DNA from: Pecten maximus | Taxonomy: Eukaryota | DNA: 64,000 nt | Reading direction: 5' to 3' | Assembly (NCBI RefSeq): GCF_902652985.1 | Contig: NC_047020.1 | Coordinates: forward strand, 47,182,001 to 47,246,000 | Shown: positions 33,795-47,608 of the stretch, in pieces | How positions within the stretch are numbered: position 1 is the first letter of the stretch | Layout: each line of letters begins with the position of its first letter | Position numbers and translations under genes: made by a program | Notes under the pieces: generated by a model | Seen by the model: the letters and a program-made list of their open reading frames with translations, nothing else | Databases searched by the model: none | What the model was told of the DNA's origin: nothing

Positions 33795-34554
33795 ACCAGA
33801 ACATCGCTACTGTCACTATGCTACATTTTGTATATGTACAGTGTTTACACTTATTTACACATAAATATGTGTGCCGGAATATATACAGAACGTGTTATTT
33901 AACATTTAAACCACTGTATAATATCGTTATCCCAGATGGAATATTTCGCCTTGTAAACTATCGAGTGTTTGTGTTGCCGCGATTTCAAAACAGTCACGTG
34001 ATGATTTAAAAATAATTTCCGCGCTAAATTTAGAGGGGGATTCCCAACTAAATCAAGTGGTCAAGCTGGACATAGGGATTGACTGTAAACATTTGGACAG
34101 CACAGAAACATAACTGGAAAGGAACGAAACACGTATATTCAATGAAAATTACAACGTTTTTACCGTGATGTCCATTTAAGTGCAAAAAACTTTTTTTACA
34201 CTTAAGTGCAAAAAACTATAAATTTATCCCTAGATTTTCCTCCATTTACATTATCAGTCCTGGGCGGGGGGAGGAGGCTTTTACTTTATATTTTTTTACT
34301 AAAAATTTCCTGTAATTGTAAATATGTCTAAATTAATACATAAAAGCATGTGGAGTGTCCTTATTCCTTCACTGTTTACATTATTTTGGTCATAAATGTT
34401 ACAGATAATCCCATTTATTATGCTACACTCCCGGAAATGTCGATATTCTCAATGACATGTGATACTCTTTGCAAAATAGGAATATTTCTTTAATCAATAC
34501 TTGGGGTGTGACATAATAATTCAACCAGCACAGTTTCAAGCTCTGGTTTTCAGC
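33795..34554 (+). repeat. 760-bp inverted repeat, right arm
   Basis: Reverse complement of 30672-31431. Confidence 0.95.
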
Positions 34555-34876
34555 TTTGCATTCAAGTCAAATGCAGTTGCATTTATTTCCACAAAAAGTA
34601 AGTAAATTCATAGATATTTGGGTGGTAAAGACAGTACTATGTAATATTACCATAACTTGTTACCAAACGATCAGTAAATACTGATCATTGTATAATACAT
34701 GTACATTACAATTATAAACCTTAATACTATCTCCAATAATAGATCACAATTATATAACAAATAACTGTTTAATTCATAGCATAACAAACAACACAATTGT
34801 ATATATTTTCTTAGCTGGAAAAGCTTTGATATACAAAATGTAAATGTCTCATTTCTATTTCTTTGAAAAATTGTAG

Positions 34877-37800
34877 GTATGCAGATGAAGTAGGTATGCC
34901 CCAGCCAGCAGCACCCAGTGGTAGAGACAGTATCCCCCCTGTCTACCTTCCTGGAAGAGAAACCTGCAAATCTGTGCATGAAAAGTACCAGAAAGTGTCT
35001 TGGTAAGTCATTAAATATATTGAGCCAAATATCGAATTCTCACATTACCTTTGATAATTGATTTAATCACATAAATTACTACTTTTTGATGTACATGTGA
35101 TCTATTAAATAAAAAACACAAAGGAAATTAATCATTTTACATCATTTAATGTTTGATGTTAAAACTTAAACAAATTATTCACATATTTAAGTAATAATTC
35201 TTTCCTTGTGAAAGTTCAATGGTGCAAATGATGAAAGATAATGCACTCTAAGATATTTCAATTTTCAGTGATGAAAACATCAGATGCCTATCTGCTGTGT
35301 CCTTCAGACGAATATGGAGAAAATGTCTACCTCACATCGTTATTATGAATCACAGGACTGATGTTTGTCACAAATGTGAAACTTACAGAGAGCAGATTGT
35401 GAAGGTACTTTATACATAGAAAATACTAATGGTTCAGTAATCACACATTAATCAAACTTGTCTGTATAAGGGACACACAAGGGACAACAAAAGTGTCCTT
35501 TAAAGAAATGTGTTCAATTACAGAGGTCAAAATGCAATTAGATAGTAAATTGCACTGAATAGATCTGTCTTTTATAGACTATAAATAGAGGTTCTGGGTT
35601 TTACTGAATATGAGAACATTTTACATGTAATCAACACATGATAATTGTGTGTGTGTGCTACATGTATGTTTTCCTTGGTACAATATGTTGATTATTATTG
35701 TAGGACTATATTTGGTATATATTTAATTTAGGTACATACTTGTTATCTAATTAACAAATGATCTAGTGAACAAAATACTTAGCAATTAACAAAACAATGT
35801 TTATTTTTTGTTATATTAGGCTGTCACTGAAGAAGACAAATTGTTGGCCAGCAATGAGTTCTCCAGCCACATTTACACTGCCCAGAAGGAGAGGGACTAT
35901 TACAGAGCTAGATGCCAGGCAGCTATAAAGTCTCTGGAGGAACGTCCAAAACCCAGAGGTCCTGTGACACCTGCATCAGCAGACAGTCCTGATGTCCACC
36001 ATACATTTGACTTTGCTCAAAGTGTTTTGTTGCCCAGTCACTGCAGACAGGAAGGTTCTTTATATTTAAGGTAAATATGTATTAAAAACTTACAGAAAAA
36101 AATCTCTTTTCATTCTGACACTGCTGAATGTCGAAAAATGATTGTAAAGAAATATGTATTCCCCTGTCAAGTCCTGCAGCAATCTGTTGTTATAATATTA
36201 TTTATAGTATAACTTGTAAAATTTTATCCATGTGTAAATTAAAACCAAAAACTTTTGTATACTGAAACTATTGAAAGACTCACTGGCTTTTGGTAAATGT
36301 TGTGTAATTTCAATACAAAATACTTTAAATAAACTTATAATTTAGTTTAGGCAGGTTTTCCTGAGTAAACATTTACTGTCATATGTTTCCCAGCACAATT
36401 TCTATTGGCATATTGCAATATATACTGGTATACCATACTGATAAGTATACCAATATATTGTGACAGCACCATCATGCAAATTTACACTATAGGATTAATG
36501 AAAAACTGATAAAACACTTTTTTAACGACCTTTTGAACTGAAGAATCCTATCAGGAAAAGTTTAAAATATCGCTTCTCATAATGTTTGCTGTTCAAAAAC
36601 TTTTCAGATCACCCTACAAGGCCAACCTGTTTGGCATTTGTAATGATGGACGGTTGTTACAGACCAACTACGTGTTTGGAGAGGATCAGTCAATGGGTGT
36701 AGATGGTGGACAAAGTCATTCTGCAACTGCTGTGGTATCCATGCTTCATCATTACTTGTCAACATACTCAGAAGGGGAGAAGGTGGTGTACTTGAATGCT
36801 GACAACTGTGGTGGCCAAAACAAAAATCAAGTACGTAAAACAAAAGTATCTAGATTCAATTCACCTTATTTACATATTGATATGATTTTATTAGGGATTT
36901 CTCTCCTTGCTAATCAGATGTATAATTGATGATTAAGCATATCATCACCATATCCTCAGTGCTGATACTTAATTATTACATGATATTTTACCAGGTGGTA
37001 ACCAGTTATCTGGCATGGAGGGTTGCTAATGAGCTTCATCAGGGTATCTACCTTCATTTCATGAAACCATATCATGCACGCTGCATGGTAGATGGTATGT
37101 TTGGACTGATCAGGAGGAAGATCAGGAGGAGTGATATTGACAGCCTTGGTGACCTGAAGATGGCAATTGAGGCTTCCTCCAAGCACAACAAAGCCAAGCT
37201 GGTGTCCAGTGTGTCTGAAAACTCCTGGCAATGGTACGACTGGAAAGGTTTCTTTAAGTCTACCTTCAGGGCTGTTCCAGGAATCGCAAAAAACCATCAC
37301 TTCCATTTTTCCTCAACCTTTCCAGGTACATGTATACAAATACTCTTTATGATCATTGGAAATTTATAGTAATTCAAAATTCAACAGTGATTTATCAGTT
37401 TTTTGTATATGTAATTAAATAGAATATTCAGGTTAACATTCTTTGCTGTAGTTGTATCTCTAAGGAGTCAATGTTCAAAGATTTTGTGATTGAGGATGTA
37501 ATCTTCCTTGTTAGCAGATAACATCATATAAAATGTATGTGATACACCAATCAATTAACATACTGAAATATTCTAGAGAAAAGAACAAAATGCCATTTAA
37601 CTAAATGACATCCACTCTCTATTATTCATTTATTGTTCGTAAACTTATCTTTTTAAATATATCTTTATTTGTTTTAAGGAATTGTTAAGGTAAAGAAATC
37701 GGTAGATGGCGAAGAGAAAGACATCCGACTTGTAAAGAGAGGGAAACACATTCCAGAGTGTCTGCCTGCTCCAGTGGAACCGCAGGGACTGTCACCCACC

Positions 37801-37920
37801 CGGGCATGGTATTTGTATAGACAGATCCGTCCATTTGTCCGTGGGCCTCACAAGGATGACTTGTGTCCAGTGCCTTCTGCTGATGAAGTCCAGACTGGTG
37901 CTAATGTAACAGAGGAGTAG
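34877..37920 (+). CDS. Sola-superfamily (probably Sola2-like) DDD transposase; six exons visible, 5' exons not found
   Basis: Exons 34877-35002, 35269-35404, 35820-36070, 36608-36830, 36995-37325 and 37679-37920 splice in phase (GT-AG) with no stops. Motifs PPVYLP, FRRIW...PHI...TDVC..C, HTFDFAQ, ADNCGGQNKN, YLAWRV, H.RC.VDGMFG, WYDWK, WYLYRQIRPF...LCP.P. Confidence 0.88.
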
Positions 37921-38869
37921 GCTGCTTTCTTCCATGTGATGGGAAAAATCACTATGTGATTTCAAATTAAAATTTATATTTTCCAACCAAATTATGAACT
38001 GAGCTTGAATGAAATTGTCTTTTGAAGAATGCTTTGATTCCATATTTTATATTACATTGCACACAAAAATCCAAATAAGTTTATATCAGATTTTATGAAA
38101 GCACATTTTGTGTTGGAATTCTGGAAAAACTGAGTTTCTTATAATTTCTTTAAATTATTTTTTAAACCTTAGAGCATCGAAGCCATTTTGTAGATGTGCA
38201 GTTAATGTGTTTTCTTTAAAAGCTATAAAGGGATACTCTGTTGAAGTAGTAAATTTGATGCATACACAATGAAAACATAAAGTTCACTTTCTATGTTGAA
38301 AATTGTTTTTTATTTGTTCAAAGTTAACATGCATGCACTTGAAAAAAGTCAAATCGGAACATGTAAAAGTTGCATGTACAGATGTCAGGAGATATGTATA
38401 TGTGTTTGTGTTACATGTACATTTACATACTTGCATATTATGCTTGTGTGTTAATGTTGAGTGGACTGTATCAGCAGTAAAGTAAATTATAAGCAAGACA
38501 CAACCATAGCATCAAACTTGATTGTATGATATACCTATGTAGACATTTCTGCTACTGTAGCAAAGTCAAAGACAACCCCATATTGATATCTAATTACCCG
38601 GGCAGTAATACAATTTTACTCATAAATTTTAAAACTTCAAGTAAAATATTTGAACAGAAGGTGAAAATAGATAATTGCAATTAATTAATATAGGAAAGCA
38701 ATAAACTTAGTCAATCTTCATTTTCAGTGAAACAGACAAATAGATGTACCTATTTTGACGTCACATTTTGACGTTATAACTTCATTCTGGCTAACGTCAT
38801 AATTTGTTTCTTAAAAACTCATGAACTTTCAATGAATACTGTACTGTTCCAATGAATACTGTACCTTTT

Positions 38870-39711
38870 CAGGGGGGGGGGGGGGGGGGGGGGGGGGGCA
38901 AACATATCTTTTTGCCCCCCCCCCCCCCCCCCCCCCCCTTTTTGACATCCAAAATCTAAAAAAGGGGAATTAACACGAATTTATATATTCATTTCGATAA
39001 ATATCTGTATATTTTCGAACCGATAATGTTTTCTTGAAGGCAACGATAAAAACTTTATCTTGTACATCCGGAACATTCCGACTTTTATACTAGTATATCA
39101 ATCCTCAGACCTGTGTGTCGGTCGTCTGCAATAGCCTGGTAAGTCAATATTTATATCTTAATACGAAATTTTGCTTAACTGCATCACATAGATTCAATAA
39201 GTTGATGATAATTTGTGAAGTTAATTGAGTTCATAATGAGAACAAGACAGAAACACAACATGAATAAGAATGCGCGGTTTTAACGTGAAAAGAGTGATAC
39301 TAATTACCGACAGGTACGAGGAAATACAAAAAAAATTCGGCTCGCGCCTACGGCGCTCGCTTTATCACTAAATTACTGCCCCCCCCTTTCGATTGCAGAT
39401 CCGAAGGGATTCTTCGCCACCCTGGGACCCACTGGGCGGCCCCCAGACCTCTCGCAAAAAGGGGAAAAATATCGGCTCGCCCCTACGGCGCTCGCATGAT
39501 CACTTAATTACTGGACCCCCTTTCGGAAACTCCTGGATCCGCTCCTGATCCCGAATTATTGAAAATGTGCTATATTAATTTTATATATAAATTATCATGG
39601 GATGTTGAAATGATAATTATTGCCTAATTTTGCGGAGATGGCATACGATTAGTTTAGTGCGTAAAAAATTGCCCCCCCCCCCACACTTTTTGACGACTTC
39701 CTACGCCACTG
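38870..39711. mobile_element. Nested hAT-type MITE remnants with G/C runs
   Basis: G-run/C-run fold-back at 38871-38938, duplicated CGGCTCGC.CCTACGGCGCTCGC, and termini ...GGATCCGCTCCTG (39547) and ...CCTACGCCACTG (39711). No TSD identified. Confidence 0.5.
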
Positions 39712-41322
39712 ACATAGATAAAAAGTCTGAGTTGGTCACCCGTGTCGACAGGTGAACAGGTAGTAGATCGCGGTCGCTTGACACACAGAGTAGTCATAGC
39801 AACCGCTGCGAGATCTTAGCCCCCGGCATTAACCCGTACAATTTAGTTTTTGTAGCGGTACCTTGGTTTTCTATACAGCGATCGAATTAATTAAAGGATT
39901 ATAGACCGGTCTTGTTTTTGTTTGAAATGTTTATTCAATTCAATCCTTACGACTTATAAGCATGCTGAAAATGACAGCATACAATTTTTTATCTTCACTA
40001 TTTTTAAAATGCAATTTAACGAAAGATAGACAGCATCAATATACAATGTAATGACGATACAGATGTTATGACATTTCTGAGCGGTAATATCGAATGAATG
40101 AGTGGTGTGTGGAGTATACAATAGTGTAGTCATATTGAAAACATAGAAACTGATAAGAGTGAAAACAAAAACAGCTAATTCAGGCGATATCTAGAACGTG
40201 CTGTAAAACACAATTTCAAATTCTCTGATATCAATATATGTTATTCCGAAGTTAGCACGTACGAATCCATAAAGCTATATAGGATTATCACTGATCATAT
40301 ATAAGGAAAGAATATCTTTAATAACACGAAACGTTTTATCAATTTTCAAATTCTTTATTGACTTTAGGCCATACGGCCCATAAGTACATATTATAAACAT
40401 ATTATTATTATCAGGTGTTTCACAAATTGAATTAAGAACATCGGCTTGGAACGACGACGCTTTGCTGATAATACTACTGATAAACCGTAAGGTTTAAAGT
40501 AATAAATGAATTGAATTGAATTGAAAGATTTTATTATATAACACAGTTGTTTTCTTTATGTCAAACGTAAGACATGATAGTTCAACACATCTTTTTTTTC
40601 ACAAATCTTCTATTTCATGTTTGATTCATAATGACTATACTGGTCACACTATACACAACAAAATATGCACAGAGAAGTTACATGAAATGCATACATATTA
40701 TACCCTCGGCGTCATTATAAATGTATGGATAATAAAAAACAGTTCAATATTCAGTAAGAAATATCTATAGAATATCGGAGACACTATATAGGATTTATGG
40801 TTTAGTTGTTTTTCTATATCTCATCAGAGACTTGTATATCACAAGTCTCTAATCTCATCGATGTGATGCATACAGTTTCAAATTTTCTTATTAGTAAGCT
40901 TGTATATATTAGAGCTCGGATAGTGTTAACCCATTGGTAATTACAATATTCCTCTATATATAACCAGGGACGTATATAGTTGATATATAGGTCTCTGATG
41001 CAGGCATCTGTTCCAAAGAAGATGTACTTAGAGGTTCGGCAAATAACAAAAATGTTGATACCCGACAATAAACGTAAAAGATAACGTTTGTACATTCGAA
41101 GTCTTATATTGTAGGACTAATATACTTGTCATGTTAAATACAGAACCAGCTTATAGTTCATCCCAAAAAGAGGGCGGGGATTTACCTGTGCTCTCGCCTA
41201 AGGCAGGAAGCCAACCAGCAGGTTCAATTTAGAAATGCCCCAGGCCTTGTAATCAACAACTGTCCAGGTGTCCTTGTGAAGTGGATGACAAGAGGTTTTC
41301 GATACAATATTCTTTCTTTTAT

Positions 41323-41895
41323 TAATACAATACAATACAATACAATACAAAATATTTTATTCACGTGTCAATATAACAGATATATAAAATACAGTAGAAG
41401 TCATAAAAACTTTACAAGTTGCATTAAAATTATATTCACATCCAGACTTATGAGACACAATATAGTAAAAAGTTCTGTTAAATATAGGTAAAACAGGATC
41501 TTCTGCGATACATCAGATAGAGTGAAGAAGCTAAAATAGGCTGAAGATCATCACTTGTCATAAGATAATGAAATTGTTCATATGGGTTTAATTCTAAAAA
41601 GTTTGGACAATAATTGCTTGCTTCACTAAATAAAATTCGCCTAATATCTGAATAAAACTCACAGTCAATTAAAAAATGGCGCTCGTCTTCTACTAATCCT
41701 GACTGACATAAAATACATTTCCTCTCATGTAATGCTAAGGGAGAACGAGAATACCGGCCTGTCTCTATTTTCAATTTCAAATTACTACAACGGAACTTGG
41801 CTAACGTTTGCCTATGCTTAAAATTTACAACAGTATATATATATGATTCTGGGGTAAAAACAGATTTAAACGTACGGTAAGTACGCAACTTAATC
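41323..41895 (-). mobile_element. 5'-truncated LINE 3' end (CR1/L2-group-like ORF2 C-terminus and tail)
   Basis: ORF 41478-41888: 'LAKFRCSN..L.IETGRY...ERKCILCQSGLVEDERHFLIDC..YSDIR', followed on the minus strand by AATAAA and a (TATTG)n tail. Confidence 0.88.
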
Positions 41896-43858
41896 GTTTA
41901 TTGATACAAAATTTGCCTCAATTGAATAACAATAAATATGTAATCGTCGCATTGTGAATGTAATACTTTTATTTTTACAGGTGTCTTATGATATTGATGT
42001 ACATGCAGCACATTTAATGAAAATTTAACTGGAACAATCTGCAAGAAAAGGGAATGTATCGTATGTGATATCAGAAATATAGATATACATCATGTGATAT
42101 ACATTATGTATGTATCTTATCATGTATGTATCGCATATTTATAGCTTGAACACTTAATTCGAGTTGGTACCGACACCGTATAGGTGATTATGGTAGGACC
42201 GCTTCACGGCTGAGCGCTCCCAAGTCGAGGCTAGCCGCGGGACTCGATGGTCACGGATGGCTGCTGTCCAGGTAAAGTAGTCTACGGCTGGCAGTGCTGG
42301 TATTGCCGCGCGACAGAACCGCCCGAGGCGAATCTCGCAATATTCGTCATGACGTTTAATATTAGGCGATTTTCACGAAAACTGGATTGCTCCGTCAATA
42401 CTAGATTCGAGGAGCAGAATTAGCGTCAGTGGAGAAAAAAATAGATCCTGTCGGACATTTCTAGACTGTCGGGGGAAATCTCGTCGAAATAAGAAACTTT
42501 TAGATAGTCATGAAATAAATAGTGTAAAGTTCATGATTTCTAGATAGCTCGATAGAATTAGACGGTGGTCATGTTAAATTGGATATGATTCACAGAACTA
42601 GCTTTGACCGTCGAAAATTAGCCATGAAAATTCATAATTAGATACGTTGCTGAAAAAATGGACTGGGTTGGGTTAAATTAGATCTTTTTTGGTAAAATTG
42701 GTGAAAATTTCAGAATTAGTAGAAAATATGAAAAAACTAGTACATTCGTGTCTCCCAGTGTAAGCATGCACTGATCAATTAAGCAATGAATGTTTTAGCA
42801 AATGTTATTATGATTCTATAACACACATTGTTATTGCTGACAAACTTAAATCAAGCCTTTTAGAACCATGCTAAAATATTCATTAATCATATTTACATTT
42901 TAACAGAGAATTTTTTCATTTAATTATTTCAAACTATTTCATAGCTGCAAATCAAGTGCTGACACACTGAAATTGATGACATCACAGTGGAGATTGATGA
43001 CCGAATAAAAGCACTTGGTGTTGTAGGCGATTGGTAGCTTGCAATGGGACAATGCAAAGAAAAAGTTCTGTAAATATTTTACAATTAATTTCCAAGAGTC
43101 AATCCTTTTCAATTGTATTGTTAAAACAATCTGTCCAACAACTTTAATTTCAACTGTTTCCAGAAGTTCTATGAGTCCTATCAAAATTCTAGATCTATTC
43201 TATAAGTACAAGACTCAGTATATGCATATATATTTATCAATGTATAACTACCTGTATGTGCTTATAATTAAATTTCTTAATACATTTTTTTTAATATTTT
43301 GTCATGCCAAAAGTATTTGGCCACATCATTTGATAATTTACTAAAATAATTCATGAATTTAGACAAATTTGTAACTGTTATGACTGTTTTATTTTAGCAA
43401 ATTTTCTTTAAATTTCATATGCATGAACTTAGAGAATGCAAAGCTACTGCATATTAACTTTCACATCTTGAAATTCTCTTCTGTCACCTATAAATGTCAT
43501 TTACAACATGACATTGACCCAGGCATCATTAACATCAATATGCCATTATGAGTCAAACCGAAAATTTCAGTCAGCACCTACAATTTGTATGATAAAGTTC
43601 TAATGTAATGCTTATCCTATAAATGAAATGATCGTAATAAGAAACTTAAATCGTGTTTTGAAATATGTGTGATAATTTATGCTCATACAAATTAATATGT
43701 AATATTTTTGCATATAGATGGTTCAATATTTTTTTATTTTTTAAATTAATTGAGCAACATTTTCATTTACAGTATTTATTTTTAGATCATTTTTTAACAA
43801 GGATTAAATTAATATTGTTCTTTAAAAAAAATCCTGCCTTCTAGATCTAGCCTACATG

Positions 43859-43916
43859 ATTGATTGATTGATGGGGCTTAACGTCCTTGTTCCGGTTATA
43901 ACCGAGCCTAGGACAC
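43859..43916 (-). mobile_element. 58-bp retroposed SINE/LINE 3' tail
   Basis: Minus strand ends GGACGTTAAGCCCCAT(CAAT)3; flanked by a perfect 15-bp TSD GATCTAGCCTACATG (43844-43858 and 43917-43931). Confidence 0.85.
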
Positions 43917-46900
43917 GATCTAGCCTACATGTATATTTATTTTTTTATAAAGTCCCTGTAAATTGCTCGAACCTGGTCGAGAGCACCTTTGTAAACATTC
44001 CCATCACTTCGGCAAATACCGATCGCTAGCTAGAACTTAGAAGACTAGGTCTGATGCTATTTCTATCCCGAAATAATGTAATAGGCCACTGTAACAGTTA
44101 TGTGATACATCTCCACTTGGATTTCATAAAATGCCTTGAAAAGGCATATCTTTTAATACACAGATGAGATTAATTAAGTGATATTAGGCAATAGTCATGG
44201 TGTAGATCGTCCGACCAAGGACTTCGTGTCGACCATGCTTTGGTACGGGCATGCGGCTCTGTGGTAACATATAAGCTTATATCAAAATACGCCCGTGTAC
44301 TACTTGTAGCCAGAGACCTATATATACTAAATAAACTTACTATAAGCCTCTGTTGTAGCCTAGTCTAGTTTTGTTTACGAACTTCTAGTAGCAATGCCCA
44401 ACCAAATTTGTTTGTATATTCAAGAAGTAATTTGGAGTAATTTTCTTGAAGAGTATCACCCCCTGATTGCAAAACAGCAATCAGAACAAGTCTATCATCA
44501 AAATTGAGTTTTTAGTGAACTTTTGAAATATGGAAATTGAGACCTTCAAAACAACGCTTTTCCGAATAAATCAGTAAAAAGCATACATAGCCAATTGCTC
44601 TGAAAATACTTATGATTCAGAAATAGTTTTTTGACCATAATTTAAATAACATCATATTCTAATATAAAGCAACAAATTCATGCTAAATATTTCCACAGGC
44701 AGAGATTTTGAAGCTATTACTATTTTACAAAGTTTTCTCCCCTGACAAAAACTTGTCCATATCATAGGAAACACCTTAATTAAAATGCCTTTTTTGTGCA
44801 AAATGGACAGTCAAACAACTCCCAATATGTGTAGATTCCTTTCCTATGTGTAGTTCTGTAAGATGTGTTTAGTTCAATCTAATTTATCATACACATAGTT
44901 GGTTTGTTATCAGAAAATTTAAATAATTTAGAAGTTCCTTTTGAACGTACATGTACTACTAACTTGATTCCTTTTAATAACAAACATTTATAAATCCTAC
45001 ATTTTTGATAAATACACAGATAACTTAATATTAAATAACATGGATAAGATTAAGAATTATAAACACACATAGGATGTGCATGCAGTTGTCAGATATTGAT
45101 TACAATTTGACGATGTCTATATGATAGTCTTAAGTTACTATGAAGAAAAAATCGGCAGATTATAAAAGAAGGATGCATATATATTATAAACAAGGTGTGA
45201 TCCTGTGCTTCTATCATTAACTTGGTGGAAAAAATATTTTAAAATACAATTATATTTTGAAATATAACATGCTAAGTGGAAACCACTCTAAATTTCAGCC
45301 TAGAGACTTTCATGATTAACTGTCAATCAACTTGGTGACATTTTTGAGGAAGTAAGCTCTTATCTAGACAATGTTAATGACTTACTTTTTTGTTTTCTGT
45401 GACAATGCATTTGCTTTAACCACTGTCAAGTCCTTTTTAATTCAAATAAAACAGTAGCAATAACATTCACTCATAAACAAACAAATCCTCATCCCCCTAT
45501 TTTCTTTAATAATCATAAAAAAAGCAGGACTGTCACAAACATTTAGGTTAAACTTTTGATAAAAAAGGGTACCTGGTCTGATCATATATCAAATATTTAT
45601 GAGCCATAAGGATTACAGCAGGTCTAAGAAGATGTAAATATCACCATGTACTTTAATTTATTCAGAAGAAAATTAGAAACATAACAAAGAAATCCTAATC
45701 GCAAACCTTATTACACTTGTATAAAATCATTAATATATACATACATCTACATATCTCTAGAAAGCATCAAACCATTCATAAATACAAATAATTTTAGAAA
45801 TGAAAAAATCCTCAAAATTCCTCCTACTAGAACTATAACAATTATAATCACTGGAACTCTCTTGGTGACTCTTATAAGAAACTCTTTCAATTTCTAGCTA
45901 AAAATCGAAACTAAAAACAGTAGTTTCTTACAACTAACTCTCCAACTATGTCCCAATATTTTTCTATAATTTACAGGAAAGGATTGGTGATATTAAACCT
46001 AGAGTAGTCTGTTATCCAATCGTCTTTGTCAAACTAAGTTTTTATAATTTTCTATGTGTCTTGTAAGTATACTTTGTCTTATATTTGTTGACAATGAAAT
46101 ATTTTGAAATAAAATGAAAAAAATATTGTGCTTATGTGTCATTTGTCATGGAAAATACAAGTGAAATTCATCCAAGTTGCTTGAATCTGATGATTTTTTT
46201 CAGTGCATCTAACAAATCAAAATATGGATCTGTAGTCTATGTCCAAGGAAATATATTTAACCATATGCATGATATGGCATATTGCTACTACCAATACATT
46301 GGCATTTTGATGCACATAAAATGAATGTTATCTAAAAAAAACATGGAACAATAGACATGGCCTTAACTTGGGTTTGAATATGTGTCCCTGCCCTTGGTGA
46401 GAGGGACAGGGCCCGCGGTTAATTAAATAACGTGACACTCCAGAACTTGTAGAAGTAACATACACTCACTTTGACCCAGTTTACACGATAGACCTAAATT
46501 GGTAGATTTACAGACCTTATCTTCATATTAATTCAAAAGGTCATCAACTTTAAGTGATATGATGTTATACAGTACTAAAACAAGCAATAACACCAAAATA
46601 TATAACATTTTGACTTTGTTTACATTCTCGTTCCACGCCCGACAGCACCTGTCCGCCATCTTTGATTTACCGTTAGCTTAACGGTAAATTTCTCGGTGTG
46701 ATAAACACCTCATTTTCACATCTAGAACGGTTATGTCTCTTTGATCTGTATAGCTAGCTATTTAAAATGAATATTACTTAGCATTGTGATATGTTTTTGA
46801 TGGATGAACTCGTATTAATAAGGAAATGAGCACTTTGTAAAAATTTCATAAAGCTGGCACGTTTTACCTACGCGCCATTTCTTCAGTATTGCAGACAGTA

Positions 46901-47269
46901 AATCATCGAGGGTTATCGAATGAATGAATGTCATCCACCATCCATTGATTTACTGTGTGCAAGTACGGTAAAATCACCGTACTTCCGAAGACCTATTTTG
47001 TGACGTAATTTTCCTCAATCCCAAATTACCAATACGAGTTATCTCCCTTTTGCTTGGGCATTGCTACTTCTAGCAAGAATATTCTGTGGTAAAATGTTCG
47101 AATTCAACATATCTACCTGTAAATATTAATTCCAACTTGGGTATGGTGCACGTGTTATATTACGGATCGCATCAAATTAATAATGTATTGTACTTTCTCA
47201 TTGACAGCCGCAGTTACCTCCTCCCATTATTTTTCTTTTTATGGCAAGCCAAAGTGGAAAAAAGTCACT

Positions 47270-47608
47270 ATTTATGGATATCCATAAATGAATTATGGAT
47301 ATCCATAAATAATTCTTAATATCCATAATTGATTCTAATATCCATAATTCGATTTATGGATATCCATAAATACTTATTTATGGATATCCATAAATCAACC
47401 TTAATCATGGATATCCATAATTCATTTATGGATATTAAGATACGAATTATTGATATTTACAGGCGATTTATGAATATCCATAATTCACCGCGTTTTTTAA
47501 ATATCCGTAAATCATTTTTAAATATCCATAAATCAGCGACCCCTATGTCTGGTTGCACTATTAGAGGAGTTCCGAAAAAAAGACATGCGCATATTAAATA
47601 TCCATAAA
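47270..47608. repeat. Array of ~21-bp units with palindromic core TTATGGATATCCATAA
   Basis: More than 10 perfect or degenerate copies; the same family recurs at 48557-48690 and 50505-50655. Confidence 0.85.

Noticed and set aside
42160-42760. GC-richer segment ending in ...GTCTCCCAGTG, a possible CACTG-type terminus
   Set aside because: No partner terminus, TSD or coding signal could be identified.
45100-46115. Possible very old LINE RT C-terminal fragment on +
   Set aside because: Only scattered residues are suggestive (LYKI, IP..RT, WN.L) amid many stops and frameshifts; cannot be supported without an alignment.
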